DNA of 64,000 bases from Eledone cirrhosa. Lineage: Eukaryota. Shown in pieces: positions 13,097 to 24,473 of the stretch (positions within the stretch are counted from its first letter, which is position 1; each line of letters begins with the position of its first letter). The notes below the pieces were generated by a model, which worked only from the letters and a program-made list of their open reading frames with translations, was not told the origin of the DNA and made no database searches. Made by a program: the position numbers and the translations under genes. The stretch lies in the NCBI GenBank assembly GCA_964016885.1, contig OZ024741.1, positions 79,794,001 to 79,858,000 on the forward strand, given 5' to 3'.

Positions 13097-16000
13097 TGAG
13101 TATATGTTGGTTGTATACCAACACCTCAGTATGCAGGATGGAGCACTCGACGAAGTGCGCAGGTTGGTTTGGTTACTCTAGAGTAATGTAAAATAAAATA
13201 AATAAAAAAAGTCAAATGTTTAAAATTTGGCTTCGTTTATTACTGCTATATATATTTCGGTGACAGCCATTTTCGGCTGTGACCTCTTCAGGCAGTCCGA
13301 ATTAGTGTGGTAGAGACGAGTACACATGTTGTTGATGTGTATAACTTTGTCAATACTCTGATATGCCCAGTTCCTGGTTGGGTTGTTATTTCACTGAGGA
13401 ACTGAAATCATATGAATTTAAACAAACGAATTTCATCGTCAAAGGGCCTCTTCTCCTCTCATTGGTCAGTTATTAGAACATTCCTCAGTCAAAAGTCTAT
13501 AGAAATTCGTTCTGAGGCAAGCCAATCTGTAGTTGTTGTTCTTTTTATTGTTAGGTACATCTGACCTCTATTCTTATGTTGGTAGTGGTGTTGTTGTTGG
13601 AGTCAGCTCAAAAAAATGATAAAGTGGTGGAAGGAATAAGATGGTAAAGGGACAAATTAAAATAAAATAATCGAATAAAATGTGTGATATACCCATCTCA
13701 ATGTTATAAAGATTTGTAAGGTCACTCTTCCCATTGGTCATTTTTGAGAGCATTCCTCAGTCCAAAGTCTATAGATATTCTTTCTGGGGTGAGGCTCCCT
13801 TTAGTGTTTGTATATATATATATATATACATATACACACACATAAAACAGTGCATATATGTGTGTGGGTGGGAACGGGGTTGTGGTGCGTGTGTGTGTTT
13901 TTCAGTATGTTTGTCACAGATCCCTTTGTGGTGTGTGTGGGGGTGAATCTAATGAGGGTGATACGTATTTAGTTTTGCTTTAAATTTGTTAATAAATAGT
14001 TTTTCTTTATTTATTCTTTGTTGTTGAGTGAAAGAATCGGAGCACTTGTAAAGGATGAAGATTTTAAAGTTGGGTAGAGTCATTCCTGCACAATCTGCAA
14101 TGTGGCTACTTAAGGAGATTTTCCTTGTGTTTACGTCTCGGATTTGTTGGCGATGGATGGTCATTATTTTGCGTAATGATACCCCGTCTGTCCTATATAG
14201 TTATGTCGACAACCACCACATGTGATTACATAGATCAGGTTCTCCGAGTTGCAAGTGAAGATGTTTTTCACTGTGAAAGTTTGGCCATCTTTAAACGTAA
14301 ATTTGTGTCCTTCAATTAAGTATAAGCATGTTCCACAGTTTGTTCTTCCGCATTTTGTTACCGTAAGGTTGGAGATAGGTTTGTGTATCTTTGTTCCAGT
14401 GAGAATGTGTTTTAGTGATTTGGGTTGCCTTTTGCTTTTGATGATCTTGTGTGTTTCTAGAATTGTTTTTCATTTTTTCATTTTTAAATAGAATGGGGAG
14501 GTTTTTGTGTAGGAGGTCGAATATTGCGGTGTTTCTGTGGTTGAACGTGGATACATATGGTAAGGTATTGTTTGTGGTTCTGTGCTTTGGGTTGTTGGGT
14601 TCATGAACATTTGCGTGTTTTGTTTTGTCTATTCCGTTATTAATTATGTCAAGTGGGAAGGCTCTTAAGGTAAGTGTGTTTTTGAGTTCATTTAGTCTTT
14701 GTTCCCGTTTAGCTGGGTCTGATACTATGGTTCATATAGGTTTGGCTAAATTGAAAGGGATGTTAAGTTTTGTATGTTTTGGGTGATTTGATGTGAATAG
14801 GAGGTACTGCTTGGAGTCCGTGGGTTTGTAATAGAAGTCTGTCTCTATTTTCCCATCTGTTTTTAGAATGCGAATATCCAGGAAGGCTAATTCCTTGGAG
14901 TAGTTAGATTCCATTGTGAATTGTATATTATTGTTAATGTTGTTAATCATATTCTTGAAAAGGGTGAGTGTATTTGTGTCTTCCTGCCATAGAATGAAGC
15001 AATCGTCGAGGTATCTCTTCCAGTTGTTTTTGAGATGTGTAAGGAAAGATTCTCCGAATAATAGAAAGGATTGGTTGTAGATTTGTCGTTCGTGGAATCC
15101 CATGACTAAGTTGGCCTTTGTGCCCATTGCAGTTCCTGAGATTTGTCGGTATGTTAAGTCATTGAAAGTAAAGAAATTATTCTGTAAGATAAATCGGAGT
15201 CCATCAATAATGAAGATTTTGTTGATGCGTGTTGGTATTTCTGATTGGTGAGTGTCTAGCCAAAACTGGATTGCTGTTATTCCATGGGGTATGTTAGTGT
15301 AGAGATTTACTACATCAAAGGAGACTGGAACAGTGTTTTCACTTACTGTTTTGGGTAGGTGGTTCAGCATATCCAGGTCATCCCGTATGTAGCTCTGTAT
15401 ATGTTTTAGAAAGGGCTTCAGTAGGGTGTCCAGGAAGTTGCTAAGTCTGTGGGTTTCACATGCAGGGCCTGCTATAATTGGTCTGAGTGTTAAGTCTTCT
15501 GGTGGTGTTAATTGTATGTATTTGTTAGTTGAGGTGTCGCATCCATTGCTTATGGGTTTACATTTATGTATCTTCGGTAAGCCGTAGAAAGCACTTGTAT
15601 TACATTTGAAATGACTTATGTATTCATATTCCTTTTGTGGTTAGGTTACTGCGGTATTTTTGCAGTGATGCTAGGAGGTTCCCCAAAAGTTTTAGTTTGT
15701 TTGTAGTTTGATTTTTCGTAGCATTTGTTGTCGTCTAAGATTTTGAGTGCCAGGTCTCTATAGTAGTCAGTGTCCATAATGACTACAGTGCTCCCTTTAT
15801 CAGCTTCTTTGATGGTTATTTCAGTGTTGTTTCGCAGTGTGAATAATTTTTTCCATTCGTGTTTGGAGAGGTTCGATTTTGTGTGTTTATTTGTGATTTG
15901 TTCATAGGGAAAGTTAATGATGCGTTCGCAGTAGGTGTCCAGTGTTGTGTTCCTCCCTTTCTTTGGGGAGAAATCACTTTTGTTTCTCACTATTGATTCG

Positions 16001-16508
16001 TCTTCTGTGTTGGTGTCATTGGAGAAGTATTCTATTAGTCTGAGTTTTCGGCAGAATTCCATTATGTCATCTTTCATCTCGGGGAAGTTAGATTTTTATG
16101 GTGTGGGTGTAAAGTTCAGTCCCTTACTTAATATATTAATTTGTGTGATAGTTAGTGATATCTTTGAGAGGTTAATTATCTTCGGCTTCTTATGAGTGGA
16201 AGCCATCGGATGTCCTGGTATTTCAGTCTTGTTCCTAAAAAAGGAATGTTCTTTTGGTTGTAATTGTAGTCTGCTTGACTGTTTTGTATGGGTCTGTATG
16301 TAGTTTTATTTTTACATGAGAGTTAATGTGGTGTTGGGGGTGGTATCTGTTGTAGTTGTTATTGTGTAAGGGTTCTGTTGTGGGTTCATGTGGTCTGGGT
16401 GGGTTCCTTCTGGGATGCATAGTGTTGATGTTGTGGGGTTGTTTTTTGTAGTGTTGGGGGTGATACCTGCTGTAGTTGTTAATGTGGGAAGGTTTGGTTC
16501 GGATTTCA
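13097..16508 (-). mobile_element. 5'-truncated, frameshifted Neptune-type PLE (sister of 17030-23038)
   Basis: ORF pieces 15646-16077, 14732-15370 (SFDVVNLYTNIP, GTAMG, RYLDD) and 13949-14164 are colinear with the 18417-20694 protein. ORF1 C-terminal remnant at 16170-16500. (TA)n at both ends. Confidence 0.93.
13242..13296 (-). ncRNA. Canonical minimal hammerhead ribozyme
   Basis: ACTGC-CTGAAGA-GGTCACAGCC GAAAAT GGCTGTCACC-GAAA-TATATA-TA-GCAGT; all core nucleotides intact, 5-bp stem I. Confidence 0.88.
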
Positions 16509-16912
16509 TATATATGTACATAATTTGTTTGTTAAAATAATCAAATATATATATATACATACAGTGGTGGACTGGCCAGGTTGCTAGGTTGCACAATGGC
16601 AAGTGGGCACCAGGGAGATCACAGTAGCATTGCAGAGGCCCACAGTAGATTAGCAGGACCCACTGTAGTATTTTAGGAGCCAATGCTTAGCTTTCAAAAA
16701 TACCTGAAGTCTAAGAGAAAGAATAATTTTTTTTTAAATAAACAAAACAATTGAGCAAAGCATTTGTTCAACCAATTCCCCAGGGAATTAATAGAAACCA
16801 AAATATATGATAGTGCAAATAGCTGGAATCAGTGGTTTTACATTCTACTAAATCTAAATCTTAGTGTATTCATTTATGCATGCAAACATACATATATAGA
16901 CACACACACAAG

Positions 16913-17034
<122 letters not shown>

Positions 17035-17132
17035 AAATTGAGGTTGGTAATGGCACATGGAATATATAAGAGACAGAATACTTTTTTGTGAAAAAACATA
17101 ATTTTATAAGGTAAGGAAATAATAAAGGGTAT

Positions 17133-17184
17133 AAAAAATGACCGGTTTCGATGGGTCTGCAAAAGCCATCTTTTCAAATGTTGA
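17133..17184 (-). ncRNA. Hammerhead variant with U3-A8 core (3' pLTR; copies at 22097-22148 minus and 22848-22899 plus)
   Basis: TTGAAAA-GATGG...CCATC-GAAA-CCGG-TC with palindromic ACCGGT stem III; stem I weak. Confidence 0.65.
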
Positions 17185-17638
17185 TTAATATTAAGAAAAA
17201 TTAATAATACGAAGAGTTAAAATTTGAGACTTGAAAATTCAAGTATAAAATTCATTGTGGGATTTCATAGCAGTTTTCATCTTGGTAGCAACAACAGGTT
17301 GACTGCTGTGTCCCTTTCTGGTAGTGAATGAGAAGTTATTTGGGGTGTGGGTTATTTTATAAAGGTCAGATTTAGCAATCACCAACTGGCCAGCTGCTGG
17401 TCAGTGAGGGGGTGGAAGCAATATACATACACATATCTTCCTGTGATGGGTAGGAGAGTGGAGCGTGATAGAAAGGGATTTAGTGCACTTACACCTATAT
17501 ATACACACATACCTTCATCCACACATACATACATATACATATACATATATATATATATATATACATATACACACATACATACACACACACATACATATAC
17601 ATACACACATACACACACACACATATATATATACACAT

Positions 17639-17701
<63 letters not shown>

Positions 17702-17740
17702 TATATATACATACACATACATCCAGATACACACATACAT

Positions 17741-17818
<78 letters not shown>

Positions 17819-18416
17819 CCCCACACATACATACACACACACACACATATATATATACATACACACATACAAACATACACACACACACACACATATATAT
17901 ACACACACATACACACACATATATATACACACACACACACACACGCATATATATATATATATACACATACGCATACATCCAGATACACACACACACACAC
18001 ACGCACACACAATACATACATCCACATGCACACACATACACACACACACACACACATATACACATACATACACCCACACACAGAGAAATGGCCTTCAAAT
18101 ATATATATATATATATACATACAGACACATATATTTTTTCCATAATATAAGAAGTTGGGGCAGTGAAATTAAAATACAAGTCATTCTGATCACATTGAGT
18201 TCTTCATGTAGATTGGGCCCCGCAACCGACAGTGGTGAATTCTGTGTGCGCATATATATATAGATATATGTGTGTGCACGTGCAGGGTTTAACATGGATG
18301 TGTTGGTCACACAAAGGCATGGTCTGTCAATGAATAAACCTGATTCTACAGAATTGGTCTCTGGTCTTTAATAGTAGTGATTCCGTGCGTATGTGTGTTT
18401 ATATTTTATGACAATT

Positions 18417-20694
18417 CTATTGGGGTGATAACCCGTTTAGTTTTGGTTTAAATTTGTTAAGGAATAGATTTTCTTTGTTTATTCTTTGTTGCTGTGTGAA
18501 CGAATCTGAGCACTTGTAGAAGGGGAAGATTTTAAAGTTGGGTAGTGTCATTCCTGCGCAGTTCGCAATATGGCTGCTCAAGGGGATTTTTCTTGTGTTA
18601 GCGTCCCGGATTTGTTGGCGGTGGATGGTCATTCTTTTGCGTAATGAGGATTCCCGTCTGTCCTATGTAGTTGTGTTTGCACCCACCGCAAGTTATTGCG
18701 TAAATCAAGTTCTCCGAGTTGCAGGTGAAATTGTTTTTTACTGTAAATGTTTGGCCATCTTTGAATGTAAATGTTTGTCCTTCAGTGAGGTAGAGGCACG
18801 TTCCACAGTTTGTTCTACCACATTTGGTAACTGTAGGGTTGAGGATTGGTTTGGGTATATTTGGTCCAGTGAGAATGCGTTTAAGTGATTTGGGTTGTCT
18901 TTTACTTTTAAGGATCTTGTGTGTTTCAAGAATAGACTTCATTTTTACATCTTTAAGTAGGATGGGGAGGTTTTTGTGTAGGTGATCAAACATTTCGGTA
19001 TTTCTGGGGTTGAAAGTGGATACATATGGCAGGGTGTTGAGTGTGGTTTTCTGTTTTGGATTGTTAAGTTGATGGGGATTTAGGTGTTTTGCCCTGTCTA
19101 TTCCATTGTTGATTATTTCAAGTGGAAAGGCTCTTAAGATAAGGGTGTCTTTTAGTTCCTTTAGTCTTTGCTCCCGTTTAGGTGGATCTGATACTATGGT
19201 ACATATACGTTTGGCCAAATTGTAAGGAATGTTAAGTTTTGTATGTTTTGGGTGACTTGATGTGAAAAAGAGGTATTGCTTGGAATCTGTGGGTTTATAG
19301 AATATATCTGTATCTAATTTCCCGTCTATTACAGAGATGAGAATATCCAAGAAGGCTAATTCCTTAGGATTGGATTCCATTGTGAATTGTATGTTATTAT
19401 CTATGTTGTTTATCATGTTTTTAAACGTAGTAAGTGAGTTCATGTCTTCTTGCCATAGGATAAAGCAGTCGTCTAGATATCTTTTCCAATTGGCTTTGAG
19501 GTGTGTGTGGAAAGAGTCTCCAAATAAGAGAAGGGACTGACTGTATATTTGTTGTTCATGGAATCCCATGACTAGGTTGGCATATGTGGGTGCTACTTTC
19601 GTGCCCATTGCCGTACCTGATACTTGTCTGTATGTTGAACCATTGAATGTGAAGTAGTTATTTTGTAGGATAAAGCGGAGTCCGTCAGTGATAAAATCTG
19701 TGTTGATGCGTGTCGGTATTTCTGATGGGTGTGTGTTAAGCCAGTATTGGACTGCTGTTATTCCATAGTTGTGAGGTATGTTTGTGTAGAGGTTTATTAC
19801 GTCAAAGGAGACAAGAATTGTATTTGCACTTACTGTTTTAGGGAGGTGTTTCAGCATGTCAAGGTCATCTCGTATGTAGCTCTGTATATGTTGTAGAAAG
19901 GGTTTCAGTAGGATGTCCAGAAAGTTGCTAAGTCTGTGGGTTTCACATGTAGGGCCTGCTATAATTGGCCTGAGTTTTAGGTCTTCTGGTGGTGTTAGTT
20001 CAATGTAATTGTTGGTTGAGGTGTCACATGCATCGTTTATGGGTTTACATTTGTGAAGTTTCGGTAACCCGTAAAAAGAGCTTGTATTGCATTTGAAGTG
20101 GCTTATATAGTTAAACTCTTTTGTGGTTAAGCTGTTGCGGTATTTATTCAGTAAGGTCAAAAGGTTCCCCATTGTTTTGGTGTGTTTGTAGTTTTCTGTT
20201 TTTTCATAGTATGTGTTGTTTTCTAAAATGTTAAGTGCGAGGGTCCTATAGTAGTCCGTATTCATAATGACAACAGTACTGCCTTTATCGGCTTCTTTGA
20301 TAGTTATCTCAGGGTTGTTTCTAAGTGTGAATAATTCTTCCCATTCGTGTGTAGATAGGTTTGATTTCGTGTGTTTATTTGTAATTTTTTCATAGGGAAA
20401 GTTGGTGATGTGTTCGCAGTACGTGTCCAGTGCTTTATTTCTTCCCTTTTGTGGGCAGAAATTGCTTTTATTTCTAACCAGTGATTCGTCTTCAGTGTTG
20501 GTGTCGTTGTGGAAGAATTCCGTTAGTCGCAGCTTTCGGCAGTATTCCATGATGTCATCCTTCATTTCGGGGAAGTTTGGTTTACGTGGTGTAGGTGTAA
20601 ATTTCAGGCCCTTACTTAAAATGTTGATTTGTGTGTTGGTTAGAGGTGTCTTTGAGAGGTTGATTATTTTTGGTTTCTCCTGAGGGGGGGCCAT
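18417..20694 (-). CDS. PLE reverse transcriptase, Cys-rich linker and C-terminal GIY-YIG endonuclease (one 1-bp insertion near 18648)
   Basis: Motifs IINLS..LSKGLKFTPT, ADKG, FYGLPKLHK, RPII, SFDVINLYTNIP, GTAMG, RYLDD, FLD, CGRTNCGTC, LIYAITCGGC..YIGQT. The tail continues in ORF 18417-18632. Confidence 0.95.
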
Positions 20695-21929
20695 CGAGTA
20701 TCCTGGTATTTCAGGCTTTTCCCTAAAAAAGGAATGTAGTTTTGTGTGTGATTATATTTTGTTGGTCTGTTGCGTGTGGGTCTGTAGCTTGTTGTTTCAT
20801 GAGAGTGAATGTGATGGTGGGGGTGGTATGTGTTGTGGTTGTTGATGAGCAAGGGTTCTGTTGTTGGTTCATGTGGTCTGGGTGCGTTATTTCTGTGGTA
20901 CAGAGTGTTGAGGCTGGGGGGTTGTCTTTTGTTGGATTGAGGGTGATGTCTGGTGTGGTTGTGGGTAAGTTCTGTTGTGATTTCAAGTGGTCTGGGTGGA
21001 TTTCTTCTGAGGAATGTGGTGTGTGTGTTGTGAGTTGGATCTATGTTATTTCGTCGTTGGTTTATGTAGGGGGCATTTCTACGGAAACCTGTGTTGTGGT
21101 GGTTGGGTGTGTTTCTTTTGGTGTAGTTGGCCGTATTTGGTTTGTGTTGGTGGGGGATGTGCCTGTGGTTAGTGTGTGTTGGGTTTGGTGGTGTAAATGT
21201 GTCTGTTGTAGTTCTTGTTATGTTCAAATGCTTTATAAAGGGGTTACCTGTTTGGTGCGTCCTTTTAAAGTCTTCTTCATATTTGAGGAACCAGTTTTCG
21301 GATTTTTCCCACCGTTTAAGGGAAATAGTTTCTGCATTCTCGCAGCCCTGTTTCCACGATTTGATTAAATTTTGTAGGGTTGTTCCCTCGGCCTTTTTAG
21401 TGCATTCTTCCTCCATATTTTTATCAGTATCCTTATACTCTTGCTCGTTTGAGGTGGCCCTTAATTTTAGGAGTTCTATTTCCATGTTTATCCTGTTGAG
21501 TGACATTTGTTCACGGAGTTTTCTTTCTGGTTCAGGTTCGTTTGTAATATGCTTTATTTGGAATTTACGTGGTAAAACTATCGGTGTTGAGTTAATCCAT
21601 TTTTGGTAAATTCCAGCTTTGTTGAGGTTTTTTATCATATTCCAGAAAGTGAATTTTCTGGTTTTTAGATGTTTTTTCCAGAGGTGTCCCATTTGGTTTT
21701 TGATATGGAGCAATGTCGTTTGTTCTGTGTTGGTATTCATAAGTTTTTCGATGGAGTTGCATACGTTTTGAACGTTTAAATAAATTTGGTTGTCAGTCGG
21801 TGTGGTGGTTTGGGGTATATCCTGTTTTTTTGTCAGAATGGTGAGTTTTCCATTTATCTCTTTTAGGATTTTCAGGATTTCCTCATTGATATTGGAGTTT
21901 GAAGTTGTGTTGTCTTGTTCCAGTGCCAT
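20664..21929 (-). CDS. PLE ORF1, 421 aa: predicted coiled-coil N-terminal part and His/Asn/Thr/Pro/Arg-rich tail
   Basis: Uninterrupted ORF starting 28 nt after the pLTR end and overlapping the RT ORF. Its C-terminal part is homologous to 16170-16500. Confidence 0.85.
   Translation of the reverse strand: MALEQDNTTSNSNINEEILKILKEINGKLTILTKKQDIPQTTTPTDNQIYLNVQNVCNSIEKLMNTNTEQTTLLHIKNQMGHLWKKHLKTRKFTFWNMIKNLNKAGIYQKWINSTPIVLPRKFQIKHITNEPEPERKLREQMSLNRINMEIELLKLRATSNEQEYKDTDKNMEEECTKKAEGTTLQNLIKSWKQGCENAETISLKRWEKSENWFLKYEEDFKRTHQTGNPFIKHLNITRTTTDTFTPPNPTHTNHRHIPHQHKPNTANYTKRNTPNHHNTGFRRNAPYINQRRNNIDPTHNTHTTFLRRNPPRPLEITTELTHNHTRHHPQSNKRQPPSLNTLYHRNNAPRPHEPTTEPLLINNHNTYHPHHHIHSHETTSYRPTRNRPTKYNHTQNYIPFLGKSLKYQDTRWPPLRRNQK
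20724..20730 (-). promoter_or_regulatory. Candidate -1 ribosomal frameshift heptamer U_UUU_UUA
   Basis: In ORF1 phase (CCT TTT TTA GGG); the -1 frame runs into RT; conserved at 16236-16242. Confidence 0.75.
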
Positions 21930-21957
21930 TTTCCGGATTTGCGTAGGTTAGTATATA

Positions 21958-22303
21958 TGAAAAGTGTAATTTTCTACACAAAGCGAAGGTTATAGAGAAA
22001 ATTGAGGTTGGTAATGGCACATGGAATATATAAGAGACAGAATACTTTTTTGTGAAAAAACATAATTTTATAAGGTAAGGAAATAATAAAGGGTATAAAA
22101 AATGACCGGTTTCGATGGGTCTGCAAAAGCCATCTTTTCAAATGTTGATTAATATTAAGAAAAATTAATAATACGAAGAGTTAAAATTTGAGACTTGAAA
22201 ATTCAAGTATAAAATTCATTGTGGGATTTCATAGCAGTTTTCATCTTGGTAGCAACAACAGGTTGACTGCTGTGTCCCTTTCTGGTAGTGAATGAGAAGT
22301 TAT
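21958..22303 (-). repeat. Upstream pseudo-LTR
   Basis: Apparently identical to 17030-17339 plus a 36-nt 3' extension; followed by TATATA and a short leader to the ORF1 ATG. Confidence 0.92.
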
Positions 22304-22318
22304 GTGTATGTATATATA

Positions 22319-22387
<69 letters not shown>

Positions 22388-22454
22388 ATGTGTATATATA
22401 TATGTGTGTGTGTGTATGTGTGTATGTATATGTATGTGTGTGTATGTATGTGTG

Positions 22455-22493
<39 letters not shown>

Positions 22494-23033
22494 GTATATG
22501 TATGTATGTGTGGATGAAGGTATGTGTGTATATATAGGTGTAAGTGCACTAAATCCCTTTCTATCACGCTCCACTCTCCTACCCATCACAGGAAGATATG
22601 TGTATGTATATTGCTTCCACCCCCTCACTGACCAGCAGCTGGCCAGTTGGTGATTGCTAAATCTGACCTTTATAAAATAACCCACACCCCAAATAACTTC
22701 TCATTCACTACCAGAAAGGGACACAGCAGTCAACCTGTTGTTGCTACCAAGATGAAAACTGCTATGAAATCCCACAATGAATTTTATACTTGAATTTTCA
22801 AGTCTCAAATTTTAACTCTTCGTATTATTAATTTTTCTTAATATTAATCAACATTTGAAAAGATGGCTTTTGCAGACCCATCGAAACCGGTCATTTTTTA
22901 TACCCTTTATTATTTCCTTACCTTATAAAATTATGTTTTTTCACAAAAAAGTATTCTGTCTCTTATATATTCCATGTGCCATTACCAACCTCAATTTTCT
23001 CTATAACCTTCGCTTTGTGTAGAAAATTACACT

Positions 23034-23465
<432 letters not shown>

Positions 23466-23604
23466 ATGTTTGATACTAATGGGTTAAATACATCTGTCAA
23501 ATCAATTAGTGGCATATATATATATATATATATATACATACACACATACATATGCATACATATATATATATATATATACACACACACATATATATATATT
23601 TATC

Positions 23605-23620
23605 AAAATAACAGATTAAA

Positions 23621-23661
<41 letters not shown>

Positions 23662-24165
23662 TTTCTGAATTTGTTTAGCAAGATTCTTTATCTGAAAACG
23701 TGTGTTGAAACCGATATTGTTATACTTTGGGAGGGTCATGTTGCCAATAAGAAACACACGCACCAGTTGCTTTCACTTCAATTTATTATAATAAATTTAT
23801 AAATTTAGGAATTTATAAATATCCGGTTGGTTGGTTGGTTCCACAACCAGATGGTTGTTTATATTATGCCAAAGTTCTTTCGTCACACATTCTGAGCACA
23901 CAACACACACACAGAAACAAGATGGCGTAGGACAGAACAAAGGAGAGGCACAAAAATAAAGAAAAGAATCCCCAGTCACTGAAGAGGTCACAGAATGTGT
24001 GACGAAAGAACTTTGACAATATATAGACAACCATCTGGTTGTGGAACCAACCAACCAACCGGAAATTTATAAATTACTAAATTTATAAATATGTTATAAT
24101 AAATTGAAGTGAAAGCAACTGGTGCGTGTGTTTCTTATTGGCAACATGACCCTCCCAAAGTATAT
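23605..24165. mobile_element. Palindromic PLE 3'-end remnant
   Basis: About 23722-23894 is the reverse complement of about 23990-24163; contains an HHR. Confidence 0.8.
23975..24017 (+). ncRNA. Minimal hammerhead ribozyme
   Basis: GTCA-CTGAAGA-G-GTCACA GAATG TGTGAC-GAAA-GAAC-TT-TGAC. Confidence 0.75.
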
Positions 24166-24473
24166 CCTTATATGTATATATGTATGTGTGTGTGTGTGTG
24201 TATCATTTTCTCACTAGTCAGTTCTTTCGTTGCTACAGATCACGCGGCTGAACTAGCGGTCGCTATTTTCAATTTGCAAAGCCCTTTAAACTGTATGTTA
24301 TTACTCTGAGGTCAGTTGCTCGTCGAGTGCTTGGCTGCACTGCTGAAGGCATTCGTTGGCTTAGCTGCTGATCGAACTTCGAATATGCTGCACTATTGTA
24401 TATATATATATTAATATGCTGTACTATTGTATATATATATATATTAATATGCTGTACTATTGTATATATATAT

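Noticed and set aside
18598-18650. Second programmed frameshift inside GIY-YIG
   Set aside because: No slippery motif and the sister copy is in frame, so a mutation or sequencing error is more likely
20742-21609. Plus-strand ORFs (208 and 160 aa) opposite ORF1
   Set aside because: Antisense shadows of the A/C-rich ORF1
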